A stretch of 55,995 nt of DNA, filler included, from Squatina squatina (taxonomy: Eukaryota), in assembly GCA_031763465.1 (NCBI GenBank). It is 3 parts of 3 records of this genome, joined end to end, with 100 filler letters (N's around TTAATTAATTAA, not from the genome) between each part and the next. Parts side by side here need not be neighbours in the genome. Positions count along the whole stretch, not along the records: positions 1 to 15,469 come from JARFOE010000115.1; 2 more parts are not named here. One strand, given 5' to 3'. A model generated the notes under the pieces. That model was not told the origin of the DNA and did not search any database. It saw only the letters and a list, made by a program, of their open reading frames with translations. A program made the position numbers and the translations under genes. This document shows, piece by piece, positions 1-12,097 of the stretch (the first letter of the stretch is position 1; each line of letters opens with the position of its first letter).

Positions 1-967
1 TGCCAATCAAAGTTACCACCTCTACTCCTCACGACTTGTGCTTCTGTGTTGACATAGGATGAGTGCATGGTTCAGCTCTACTGCTCTCTCTCTTTTCTCT
101 CAAAAATCGGAATGGATGTCAAAGCAGTGGTAAATTGGCAGGACGAGCAACTGTTCCATGTTGGTTCTACCAGAGTCCCAATTTTGAGCACAAACTGGAC
201 GGTAGCGAGACAAAAATCAACCTCTGTCTTTAGAAGAAAATAAATCGAGTGAAAATTGGTTAGGAGAAAGATTCACTGAGCAATATGCAATCTGAAGCAT
301 ATTCCAAAAAACTAACAAACTTTGCTTTAAAATAGCAATGATAATTCATGCGTTAGTTTCATGGATTATTCATCTTTTCAACTCCTTGTAGTTTTACTCA
401 TCCTGTAACACATTATGGCCTGTATGTTCTTTTATATAACCCTGAAATTCTCTGCAGGCTGTGTGCTATCCTATATTCAACATAAAAAAGTAACAATCAC
501 AACAAATTGGCAACCAGAACACAGTCTGTATAAAGAGCGTCTGAAGAATTACAGTTGCCTGGAGAAAGAATTAGACAAATAGCATTTGCTGCTTCAATTG
601 GTTTTACTGTTGAAAAGTAGGGCACCAGCTTACAAGTTTCCTGATCTACAGTAATTAAAATCCTGTTGTGAAGTAACTTCCATTAAGCTATATTCAAGCT
701 TACATTTCTTTCTATTGATTTTAGACTACTATAAGAATATGAAGCAAACTTATTAATGCTTATTGGCTTCTATCTCTTGGCGCATTATGATTCAGATGTC
801 TTATTTTACATTTCCTTGTATTGCAGACTCGTTTTTCACAACCCGGTTTAAATTCCCTGGAGGAGCTNNNNNNNNNNNNNNNNNNNNNNNNNNNNNNNNN
901 NNNNNNNNNNNNNNNNNNNNNNNNNNNNNNNNNNNNNNNNNNNNNNNNNNNNNNNNNNNNNNNNNNN

Positions 968-1280
968 CTGCTCGCAACCTTGGTGTCATATTTGAGCCTG
1001 AAATGAGCTTTCGACCACGTATCCGCAGTACATCTAAGACCGCCTATTTCCACCTCCGTAACTTCGCCCGTCTCCGCTTTTGCTTCAGCTCATCTGCTGT
1101 CGAAACCCTCATCCATGCCTTTGTTACCTCGAGAGTATTCCAACGCACTCCTGGCTAGCATCCCACATTCTACCCTACATAAACTTTAGGTGATCCAAAA
1201 CTCGGGGGCCCATGTCCCCACTCACACCAAGTCCCGCTCACCCATCACCCATGCCCTCGCTGACCGACATGGGCTCCCGG
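968..1280 (+). mobile_element. L2-clade LINE fragment (C-terminal part of ORF2, post-RT)
   Basis: Translates RNLGVIFEPEMSFRPRIRSTSKTAYFHLRNFARLR...VETLIHAFVTSR, typical of L2 ORF2 (RNLGV..D..LSF..HI...AFFHLRNIA..R...ETLIHAFVTSRLDY); degenerate afterwards. Confidence 0.85.
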
Positions 1281-1454
1281 GGCTTGTGGTGATTTTGAGA
1301 TCTATGGTAGCAGCCTCAATACCGCAAGGCTTTCCCTAAAGTGACATTTTCTTTCTTGTTCTTTCTAAATCTGCGCTCTTACCTCCTCTTCATTGAATCG
1401 AAATCATGATTCACCTCGAAGTCTCTTGCATTGCTTGTCCAAGATCAAGTCATA

Positions 1455-2393
1455 CATAGAATCATAGAATGATCCAGCACAGAAGGAGGCCATTTATCCC
1501 ATCGTGCCTGTTCCGGCTCTTTGGTGGAGATATCCAATTATCCCACTCCCCTGCTCTTTCCCCATAGCCCTGCAGATGTTTTCCCTTCAAGCATTTATCC
1601 AATTCTCTTTTGGATGTTGCCATTGAATCTGCTTTCACCGCCCTTTCAGGCAGTGCATTCTAGATCGCAACAATTCATTCTGTAAAAATAAATGCTTCCT
1701 CATGTTGCTTCTGGTTCTTTTGCCAATCACCTTAAATCTGTGTCCTCCAGTTATCGACTCTTCTGCTTTTGGAAATGGTTTATCCTTATTTACTCCATCA
1801 AAACACCACTATTAAATCTCCCCTTAAACTTCTCTGCTGTAAGGAGAACAACCCCAGCTTCTCCAGTCTCTCCACATAACTGAAGTCCCTCAACCCTGGA
1901 ATTGTTCTGGTAAATGTTTTCTGCATCCTCTCTAAGGCTTTCACATCCTACCTAAAGTGTGGTGCCCAGAGTTGGACACAATACTCCAGTTGAGGCCAAA
2001 CCCATGTTTTATTCAGGTTCAGCATAACATCCTTGCTTTTCTACTCTCTGCCTCTATTTATGAAGCCCAGGATCCTGTATGATTTTTTTAACCGCTTTCT
2101 CAACCTGCCCTGCCACCTTCAATGACTTGTGCACATATACCCCCAGGTCTCTCTGTTCATGCACCCCATTTAGAATTGTAACCTTTAGTTTATATTGCCT
2201 CTCCTCATTCTTCCTACCAAAATGTACCATTTAGCACTTTTCTGTGTTAAATTTCATCTACCATGTGTTCGCCCATTTCACCAGCCTGATTATGTTCTCT
2301 TGACATCTATCACTATCCTCCTCACTGTTCACTATATTTCCAATATGTCATCTGCAAATTTTGAAATTGTGCCCTGTACACACAAGTCTAAGT
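1455..2393 (-). mobile_element. CR1-type LINE 3' fragment
   Basis: Begins with the catagaatcatagaa tail and ggaggccatt..cccatc motif of shark CR1 3' ends; the minus strand encodes decayed late ORF2 (KFADD.., LEYCVQLWAP, ..KFKGRFNS); same family as 20435-20830 and 46925-47500. Confidence 0.85.
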
Positions 2394-3664
2394 CATTCAC
2401 CATGTTTCTCGCCAGCTGTGATCAGCACTGTGAAGAATGTCAATGGAGCCACCGGAGGTGAACCTTTAGCCCTCAGCTCTGGACCTTGGGGTCTTTGGCT
2501 GCCATTAGGGATCGATCCAGATTTGGTGAACGGAGTCATGAGTAGCTATGTGTGAGAACTGAGAGCCAGTAGATCAGCTGGTTGATCAGATATGCTGTGC
2601 CAGCTTTGCTTGCTTGCAGGAGCAGTGAGTTCTGAAATAAGAAAAAAGAATTGGTGGAACCACTGGCGCGTGTTGATCTTTCGTTAATTGCAAAATGTCT
2701 TGTGGAAAATTGAGAATGCAGGTAAGGGGAGAGTGGATAATCAACATTCCAAAGATGGAAAGATCAGAAATGTAAGAAAAAAGAACCTTTAATTTGTAAA
2801 TGTTTTAAGAAAGGAAATGTGAATGTGAATTGAAAACTTAATGAAATTGCTCAGGCCATTGTAATACAGGTTTAAAGAACCTTTACCCTCCTCTGGTTCC
2901 CTGGTTATTGGGTGCTTTCCAGTACTTCGCCCAGATGGCCATTATTCATAAATGAGCATTGACGTTGAAGGTCAGCAGACCATTGGTGAACAAGGAGCAT
3001 GGCTGAGCTCAATCCTACCCTCATCCAATGTCCCAGTCATTTTCAGCAGGCTTGTTGGAGACCGATCATGATTGGATGATGTCATCCATCCTAAATTCTA
3101 TCATTTCCATCCTAGGAACTGCCAATCTAAGATTGGAAGGGCAGTTCATAAGGCAGAACTGCTGGAGATCTAGATCCTCCTGCAGATATCCAGCCACCAG
3201 GATGTATAAACCCAGAAGATCTTTCCTTAATACATCCATGGAGTTATGTGTCAGAGGCATCTGTGTTCTGTGGGATGCATGCAGAGGTTCCTTACAGGAT
3301 GTTTTGCATTGTTAAGAAGCCCTCTCTGATATTGACACAAAGGATTGCATTGGCCTCTGCCACCCATCCCTTTCAACTACCAAACATTTTCCAAGAGGCT
3401 TTGCAGCAACTTCATGTGAGTTTGGTGCTCTGCTAACATTAATGTTTTCATGGCTGGACCCCTGAGAGTTTTGTCTGAATGCCGTTTATCCAGGGGTTGG
3501 CTTTTCCTTAGCCTTCACTCAGGAACACCATTGCTTACTTCCACTACCTCTTCCACTGACTTTCCTTGTACATTATGCACCTCCAAAGTCCACACCTCAT
3601 TTAAACTATTTATATCATCTCAGGTGAGTCTCTCTGGGCTGTTGAGTGCAAATGAGAGTGTGAA

Positions 3665-3760
3665 TTACAGCGTGGGTGAATTTCTGCTGGCTGTCACTGC
3701 TATTGAAGCTCCTGCCAATGGGTCACTTTCTCTCTGCTTCTTATTTCTTGCTTCCAGCTC
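3665..3760 (-). CDS. Candidate terminal exon of an unidentified gene (ELEARNKKQRESDPLAGASIAVTASRNSPTL*)
   Basis: Acceptor ctttgtgtttctacag, 31 open codons then TAA, phase 0; phase-compatible with the candidate exon at 5446-5526. No homologue recognised. Confidence 0.3.
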   Translation of the reverse strand, partial: ELEARNKKQRESDPLAGASIAVTASRNSPTL

Positions 3761-4985
3761 CTGTAGAAACACAAAGACTGAGAAATTCACCAAGTTTCAT
3801 GTTATTCAGGTTTTCCTTACATTTCTGCTCGTGCAAGGGTCTCCTTACAGAATGAATCTCATAAAACCAACATATTTTTCTGATCTGATGTTAGCACTTG
3901 ATCTACACAAACCAACTGGGCGTGCAGGACCTCCCATATCTCCTTCGTCTATTATGTTGACCCCCTTTTTGTTTTCTAGGGTTTCAACTGACGTATCGCA
4001 CAAATAGACTTCTAAACCAGAGTTTCTTACAACCTATTCTTTACTAGTTGTCAGGCTACTTATACACACACGTGTTTTAGTTAACTCTTTANNNNNNNNN
4101 NNNNNNNNNNNNNNNNNNNNNNNNNNNNNNNNNNNNNNNNNNNNNNNNNNNNNNNNNNNNNNNNNNNNNNNNNNNNNNNNNNNNNNNNNNNNNNNNNNNN
4201 NNNNNNNNNNNNNNNNNNNNNNNNNNNNNNNNNNNNNNNNNNNNNNNNNNNNNNNNNNNNNNNNNNNNNNNNNNNNNNNNNNNNNNNNNNNNNNNNNNNN
4301 NNNNNNNNNNNNNNNNNNNNNNNNNNNNNNNNNNNNNNNNNNNNNNNNNNNNNNNNNNNNNNNNNNNNNNNNNNNNNNNNNNNNNNNNNNNNNNNNNNNN
4401 NNNNNNNNNNNNNNNNNNNNNNNNNNNNNNNNNNNNNNNNNNNNNNNNNNNNNNNNNNNNNNNNNNNNNNNNNNNNNNNNNNNNNNNNNNNNNNNNNNNN
4501 NNNNNNNNNNNNNNNNNNNNNNNNNNNNNNNNNNNNNNNNNNNNNNNNNNNNNNNNNNNNNNNNNNNNNNNNNNNNNNNNNNNNNNNNNNNNNNNNNNNN
4601 NNNNNNNNNNNNNNNNNNNNNNNNNNNNNNNNNNNNNNNNNNNNNNNNNNNNNNNNNNNNNNNNNNNNNNNNNNNNNNNNNNNNNNNNNNNNNNNNNNNN
4701 NNNNNNNNNNNNNNNNNNNNNNNNNNNNNNNNNNNNNNNNNNNNNNNNNNNNNNNNNNNNNNNNNNNNNNNNNNNNNNNNNNNNNNNNNNNNNNNNNNNN
4801 NNNNNNNNNNNNNNNNNNNNNNNNNNNNNNNNNNNNNNNNNNNNNNNNNNNNNNNNNNNNNNNNNNNNNNNNNNNNNNNNNNNNNNNNNNNNNNNNNNNN
4901 NNNNNNNNNNNNNNNNNNNNNNNNNNNNNNNNNNNNNNNNNNNNNNNNNNNNNNNNNNNNNNNNNNNNNNNNNNNNNNNNNNNNN

Positions 4986-5118
4986 GAGTGTAGTCACTGT
5001 TGTAATGTGGGAAACGCGGCAGCCAACTTGCGCACAGCAAACTCCCACAAACAGCAATGTGATAATGACCTATAATCTGTTTTTGTTATGTTGATTGAGG
5101 TATAAATATTGGCCAGAC
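4986..5118 (-). mobile_element. Deu-domain tRNA-derived SINE fragment (SacSINE1-like)
   Basis: gtcactgttgtaatgtgggaaacgcggcagccaacttgcgcacagcaaactcccacaaacagcaatgtgataatgacc is the reverse complement of the core of the full copy at 39309-39749. Confidence 0.8.
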
Positions 5119-5445
5119 AAATGAGCACTTCGGGACTTGTATTGGCTGCCTTACATTGCCCCATTCTCTTGTCTTACTAATCCACGCTAAGCAGGTTGAG
5201 ACATTCTACCCTTATGTTCCCTCCATATCTGGCTGTAGAAATGAGCTGACCACAATCAGTAAAAGCAGGGAGACAGTGTGGGCATGCGGAATCTGACATA
5301 GAGTGATAGTAACTGGGAGTTTCTGAATCATTTTATAGTGATCTGGTACCTCTAATCTTTGAAAGCTGAATGCAGATTCATGGAATGTATTTTGATCTGA
5401 ATTTTTCAATGTGCAGGTGCCAGATAATAATGAGTTTCTTTGTAC

Positions 5446-5526
5446 CTGAGCCTCCTGTGAAGACTGCTCATTTATATAATTATTGGGCAATTGTGCGTGG
5501 ATAGAACAATGCTCGTTAACACCATA
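5446..5526 (-). CDS. Candidate internal exon of an unidentified gene (YGVNEHCSIHAQLPNNYINEQSSQEAQ)
   Basis: tttgttttag acceptor, 81 nt open, CAG|gtacaa donor, phase 0/0. No homologue recognised. Confidence 0.27.
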
Positions 5527-6656
5527 CTAAAACAAATCCTCAGAAGAATGTGGGTATTAGGATATAGATAATCTGATTAAAATTTTGATGGCATTTAGGG
5601 CATATATTCTAAAACTCAAGGCATTTTGTATTGTGTCTGTATTTGGTAAATTTCCCATACAAAAAAGGGGTTTCTAAGGTCAGTTGAGAGGTACAAATGT
5701 TCAAGTTCTTTAACTNNNNNNNNNNNNNNNNNNNNNNNNNNNNNNNNNNNNNNNNNNNNNNNNNNNNNNNNNNNNNNNNNNNNNNNNNNNNNNNNNNNNN
5801 NNNNNNNNNNNNNNNACACTTGCTCCTCCCACTGAAGTGGCACTTAGATGAAGCAGATTAAAAAGTAGATATTGCACGTACTAAACATTCACCCAGGGCA
5901 AGCAGGAGGGAAGCAAACATTGATGCAGGAACACACATGTGGAGTAGAGTGATGTAGGAAAACAGAGCTCTCTGATTTGATTGTTGGTAAGTTCATGACA
6001 TCCCTGGAAATAGTTTTGAAAGGAGGTCCCTGTGGTGAAAGGATGGTGTTCTAACCCACTGCATCACCTAGTTTCCCTAAATTATACAGCACATTGGAAC
6101 AAACTGTAAGCCTAATAGTCATTTAAGTGTTTATGACTTTGTTTCCCAGAATAATATAGCCTGCATAAAATAGACTCAGCAAAATTCACCATTGGAGAAA
6201 GATATTTTATGCTTCACAAAGCATTTTTGTTTTTCAAAAATAAAGACAGGAACAGCTGACAGGCAGGTCTAGTTTTGCTATAGCATTTTCCCGAGAGTGT
6301 GCACAGCTTTATTTTAATGCTGATTGTTGAATCTTTTAAATATTGAATATTTAGAATTCAGGGGCCTTCATATTATACTTTAGCACCTTGTGCAAAATAC
6401 AACTGCCTTTCTATTGTTGCGTATAATTAATTGTTCTTTGCCATAAAATTGATACTCTTTTGGTTTGAAGTCAATGATTGTTCACAGATTAGAATTTAAA
6501 ATACATGATGATGTGAGCATTGCTCGGTAATTAAACACAGTATAATTTCTGCTCTCAGATGCAATGTATTTGCATATTCTGTCCATTTGTCTTTTGGGAA
6601 TAACAGATTAGTAATTTACTTGCTATAAGAATGATGATCTCTATTAACTTTCCACG

Positions 6657-7157
6657 AGCATCACTGAGAGGTGTTAACATTCAGCAAGCACAGTATGACT
6701 GAAGGATGATGGCATTCAATAGGCACAGTATGACTAAAGGATAATAATATTCAGCAGTGTGAGGGATGATGATATTCAGTAAGCACAGTGTGACTCGAGG
6801 TTGACGGTGTTCAGTGCACACAGTGGACCTGAAATTCTGATAGGGTTCTTCCTGTCTCCTGCTGTAATTTTGGAAGGAGACTGGTGGAACCCTCAGGGAA
6901 ATGGTGTAAACATCTGTTTGTGTAATTTCTCTAAAGATTCTATCGGTCTCCCGCCAAAGTCACAACGGGGGACTGGGAAAACCACCATGGAATTCAAGGC
7001 CAGTATGACTGAAATTTGATGCCATACTGTGGACATAGTATGAATGAGGAACGATAGCATTCGATATTTTAGCATTCAACACTATGACTAAAGGATGAAG
7101 GCATTCAGTAGCCAGGGTAACAAAAACTGATGAGAAAAGTCTGATAACCAGCATTCA
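6657..7157. repeat. Degenerate ~32-bp tandem repeat interrupted by a MITE
   Basis: Recurrent unit agcacagtatgact(g/a)aaggatgatggcattca on both sides of 6825-7001. Confidence 0.75.
6825..7001. mobile_element. Palindromic MITE (PIF/Harbinger-like)
   Basis: Imperfect TIRs ggacctgaaattc...gaattcaaggcc, self-complementary arms, flanked by the 3-bp duplication AGT (6822-6824 and 7002-7004). Confidence 0.7.
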
Positions 7158-7846
7158 AACATTTATCAGTTAAAAGATATCAAAAACTGACATGCATGCC
7201 CAGCATTGCCCATGTCGTGAATTAATTCTTTCTAGCAGTATGCATCCAGGTAGCACATTTGCCTCTCTGGAGATTTGATTTAAAACCAGAATGGCAGCTT
7301 TATGGAGGATAATACTGCTGTGATCCGAGATATTTTGGGACAAGCTGCCAGGATGCTATTCAGACGTGCTTGATTGAAATGAAAGGTCTTGCCTAAGCAT
7401 TCCAATTATTTTAGCGCTTACAATATCACGAGCGGAACAAAAAATCCTTTATGTTCAAACGTTACTATAAAATAAGAAAAAACCTATTGGGTATCAAAAT
7501 TAGTGTCGTGAAGGTAAAAAAAAGTACATATAATTGGCAATTGTCTTGAATGATGCATTATCATAGCTTATATCTTCGCATGGTTCTGATCAGTGTAAAA
7601 CTAATGAAAGCTGATACAGTATATTGTTGAACTTCCTGCATGACTGGTGTTTTCTTTATGAAAGAACCATTTCAAAGAACCATAACTATGCAAGAAAGTA
7701 AAACTAAGATAAATAAAATCAGTAGATGAGAGTTAGGAGTAGTTAANNNNNNNNNNNNNNNNNNNNNNNNNNNNNNNNNNNNNNNNNNNNNNNNNNNNNN
7801 NNNNNNNNNNNNNNNNNNNNNNNNNNNNNNNNNNNNNNNNNNNNNN

Positions 7847-8053
7847 AATTCCCTGGCTAAACCTCTCCGCTTCTCTTTCCTCCTTCGAGACGCTCCATAA
7901 AACCTACCTCTTTGACCAAGCTTTTGGTCATCTGCCCCAATTTCTCCTTATGTAGCTCAGTGTCAAATTTTTTGCCTGAAAATACTCCTGTGAAGTGCCT
8001 TGGGACATTTTACTATGTTCAAGGTGCTATATAAATACAAGTTGTTGTTGTTT
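7847..8053 (+). mobile_element. L2 LINE 3' end
   Basis: aaaacctacctctttgaccaagcttttggtca...aaggtgctatataaatacaagttgttgttgtt tail, typical of L2 3' ends; reverse-complement copies at 16640, 45430 and 51393. Confidence 0.8.
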
Positions 8054-10479
8054 ACTGATATAGTGGACTGGGAAAATGCATTTGATATCACTTGGATCTC
8101 AGAATACATTTGAATGTTTTTGGTGAGAAGGGATTGAGGGAAATTATGAGAAGAGGGCTGATGTATGGAAAATAAACTGGCTTAGGGCCTAATGGTCATT
8201 ACCTGCACCAAAAATCCTCATATTACAATCAATGTTTCAATTAGAATCTATTATTATAGTTTGTTATTTTCAGAATTCTGTGAGAATGATTGCCCATCAT
8301 TGTCAATTATATAATCATCACCTTTCATTGGTTTGAAGCTACAATAAACAGAAATTGTATCTTGGCCATTAGATCTTTAGTAAAATACTAAGGAAGAAAG
8401 AACGTTCAAAAATGAAAAGTGATTTAGTTTAATAGAATCATACATTACCCAATACAGTTCAGGATAGGGGATACCTGTGCTGAGCACTTTGAAGTTATTT
8501 GTACTGAGTGTGACCTTTCAGGTCACTGCCTCAATAACCTATTCTGTTGAATGTTGGAATAGAAATTTCAGATTCAAAGCATGGATGTGGATGACCATAG
8601 TGGGGGTCCTTTGACTCAGCTGCCTCTTCACAGAAAAGATGCTTTACTCTGTGGTGCCAAACGTATCACCGAACTATGAAGTAAAGAGAAGCTTGTAAAT
8701 ACATTCAAACTGTGATCTGAATCTCCCCTGATGGCTTAGTGGGTTGGTACTGAGCTACACAGAGGGATAGGTCCAAGGTTTGATCTGTGTGAAGTTAGCT
8801 GATCTCAATGGGAATACCATTAGTTACTACAAGTGGCCTCAAAGTCCCGGGGCCAAGGAGGGGAAATATTTCACCATGGTTACTGCTCTGGATTACTATC
8901 CAGAGACTTGGCACTATTATTTTGGCAGAAGCTCACTTTTGAAAGGAAAATGTGTTTGAATGTGTTTTGATTTCTCTGAAGACTGAGAATCACCAATGCT
9001 AAATCAACTGTGCTGTTAATATCTCTACAACCATCAACCTCCCTTTTTATCAGAGCCAACTCCCTTCATCAATTGATTCCAAATTTGCACGTCTGTCGAA
9101 CATGAGTACTATACTTTGGTGGAGTGGCAGAGCATAATTCTAATCTCCGACATTGCTGGAGGCTTGTGAAATTTTGTACTACTGTCTTTGCTCTGTGGTT
9201 TTGCATCATGCGATGGTAAGGGCAGCATTACAGCCTTATGATGTTGGATCTATCCTAAAAATAAAATGTGTTGCTTTCTCGTAACNNNNNNNNNNNNNNN
9301 NNNNNNNNNNNNNNNNNNNNNNNNNNNNNNNNNNNNNNNNNNNNNNNNNNNNNNNNNNNNNNNNNNNNNNNNNNNNNNNNNNNNNGCGCAAGAGAGGCCC
9401 TTGTCTTGCTTAAGAGGCCCAGAGGAGCATTCCTGCCCCTATTGGCTCAGTAGGAAATTTAAAATTAAACTTTAAAATTTACCTTCTGGCCCAGGATCCA
9501 GCCACCGGCAGGTTTGCCTGACAAGGCCCCCTACCCCCACCCATATTCAAGCCTCGGATTGAAATAGCAGATTGGATTCTGATGGCATTATCGGAACCGA
9601 TTTGCATATTTAAATAGGACTTTGCTGGTTAATAGCAGGTTAATATCAGGACACAGCGGCAAGGCAGCAGTATTAGAGTAAGTGACCCATCTTATTTTAA
9701 CAGTCCCCCACCCCCGCACCGTTTCCACCAATCGGGGGCAGTTAAAATCGGTACCATTGTAAATTCATGTTGAACATAAGGATATTCCAGGAGGATTGCA
9801 GGTGAGCACTCAGGTTTGAAGGCAAGTTTAACTGTTCTGCAGTACTTTATGATACTGGAGCCTTCAGCAATTGTAACACCACACTCTTGCTGTAGAAAGC
9901 TGCAGCTAAGAATAGAAGCTCATACATATTAAACAGTCAGAGGTGTGAGTTACCGTTACAACTAGTAAAATCTATACCAGGAAAATTACAACTTGAAACA
10001 ATCTTGGGCTGACGGCTGCCACAATAGAAACCATATCATGACAAGAAGGCACAGTATGAATGTTTATTAGAATATTTATCGCGTTATCTAACAATTGATA
10101 CTAAAATTCCAAAACACTGAACCATTTCCTATTCAGTTGTATTATAGACACTGTATAAATCCATACAGTTTTACTAGGTTTTTTGGCAAACAAGTTTTGT
10201 ATTTGCATTGTTGTTTTAGGGGTTCCATTGATGAATATTTATCTTAGCTTATGCAAAAGTGAAATACTGTGGATGCTGGACTCTAAAATTTAAACAGAAT
10301 GCTGGAAAAAACTCNNNNNNNNNNNNNNNNNNNNNNNNNNNNNNNNNNNNNNNNNNNNNNNNNNNNNNNNNNNNNNNNNNNNNNNNNNNNNNNNNNNNNN
10401 NNNNNNNNNNNNNNAATGTAATACTAGTGCCAGAGTGTAAGAGGAATAGGTTTAAAAAATGTCAGATGATTTGAGTTAA

Positions 10480-11365
10480 TTTGACTGGGGGTTGCTGCTA
10501 AGCAGAGATAATTGCAGGACTGATGAAAAATGGAAAATTTTAGAACCAGTCCTATGCATAAAGAAGCTTTGTATGTCCATCCAGACAGTAAAGATGAAAA
10601 TTACTCCATGGTGAAACAAAATGGATAAGTTGTCCAAAGACAAATTAAACAAAAGCAGAAATGTTTTACCAAGTACAAGATAAACAACTCTCAAGAGAAT
10701 AGGTATCGGATTTGAAGACAAAAATGTTTGCTATCATATTGGCCAAAACAGCAATGGAAAAGAGGATAGTGGATATGTATGGCAGTGATAGCAAGGCCCT
10801 TTTTAGCTTCATTAGGAGACAGAGAACAATCAAAGTCTGCAGAGGACCAGTGAGTGATTCTTCAGGGCAGATTTGTGTGTAGTCCCAGGTTTTAAATGGT
10901 TACTTTCCATCAGTCTTCACTACTGAAGATGATGCTGAGTTATCATTACTGTTACATAGATGAGGTGCTAAAATGAAATGTAGGTACAGATATATTCCTT
11001 GCTAGAACGAGTGCTGTTAAAACAAATCAAGCTGCTGGCACTGATGGCATTTACCCTAGGGTACTGAAAGTAATGAGAGCTGTATTATGCAAGCCACTGG
11101 CTCATGTATTTAACAGCTCACTGAGGTCTGGGATTATTCCAATGGACTGGAGAAAGCATATTTAAAAAGAGCAGTAAGTCAGAGCTAACAAACTATAGGT
11201 CTAATAGTTTAACTTGATGCATAGTGAAGTCCCCAGAAGATATTATTAGAGATGCATTCTTTGATCATCTCGAAAGAGGTGATTAGGAAATCCCAGCGTA
11301 ATTTCTGGACAAGGAGGTTCTGTTTCACCAACTTAATCAAATTTTTTGAAGAAGCTACAATGATG
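10480..11365 (+). mobile_element. Old, degenerate CR1 LINE ORF2 (tether/RT) fragment
   Basis: Frameshifted motifs AAGTDGIYPRVLK, PLAHVFNSSLRSGIIPMDWRK, NYRSNSLT, RFCFTNLIKFFEEAT match the CR1 RT N-terminus (GPDGIHPRVLK / NYRPISLT / SCLTNLIEFFE). Confidence 0.85.
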
Positions 11366-11935
11366 GAATTCCGGTTATGATTGTGGCCTAGAAATTCCAT
11401 CGTGCCCAAAAACAGATGTGCAAGGGGCACTGCACATGCCTGTTAGTGTCCTAGGCAGCACATATTACTCATTCTGCCTGCTTATAAATCTTGAATGTAG
11501 CCAGCGCTACCCACGCTATTGCCTGTTTGGGGAACGGTCCCTGACACCACTTAAAGGCAGCTAGCACCTCTTAAGAGAGAGATGCACTCTGGCTACAGGT
11601 AGCAGGGAAACACTTGTAAATAGAGAAATTGCTGCTGCAAGTACTGACAGGGACTGATAGTGCTGTTAACTGTCAGCTATTTAAGGGATTAACACTAAAG
11701 TAACCTCACCCACTGTAATAATCTCAGACTCTGATCACTGAGAGATTAATACCCAGTGTCCGTAAATGAAAAGAAGAAAGACTTGCATTTATATAGCATT
11801 TTNNNNNNNNNNNNNNNNNNNNNNNNNNNNNNNNNNNNNNNNNNNNNNNNNNNNNNNNNNNNNNNNNNNNNNNNNNNNNNNNNNNNNNNNNNNNNNNNNN
11901 NNAGATGTCAGACAATCAGTGCACAAACAGACTAT

Positions 11936-12097
11936 GGGTGCGAAATTCACTGTTCCGTATCACCTGGGGAGGTATTTTAAAAATCTCACAAAAATTAACA
12001 AAGTCTTGAAGCTCAATAAAATTCCGTTTACCTTTAATTTTTAAAAGGAGCACGGATACTAAAACTCTCTCTATGCAGGCAAGTGAATCTGTCCCCC
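11936..12097. mobile_element. MITE with 3-bp TSD
   Basis: TAT|gggtgcgaaattcact...agtgaatctgtccccc|TAT: imperfect TIRs and a TAT duplication. Confidence 0.6.

Noticed and set aside
3450-4007. 185-aa plus-strand ORF
   Set aside because: L/S/F-rich with no recognisable domain; overlaps a better-bounded minus-strand exon candidate; likely chance.
4081-5057. Long ORFs of 130-360 aa (also 12795-13766, 22289-23371, 25783-26751, 37713-38565, 52675-53286)
   Set aside because: They are almost entirely X from N-runs.
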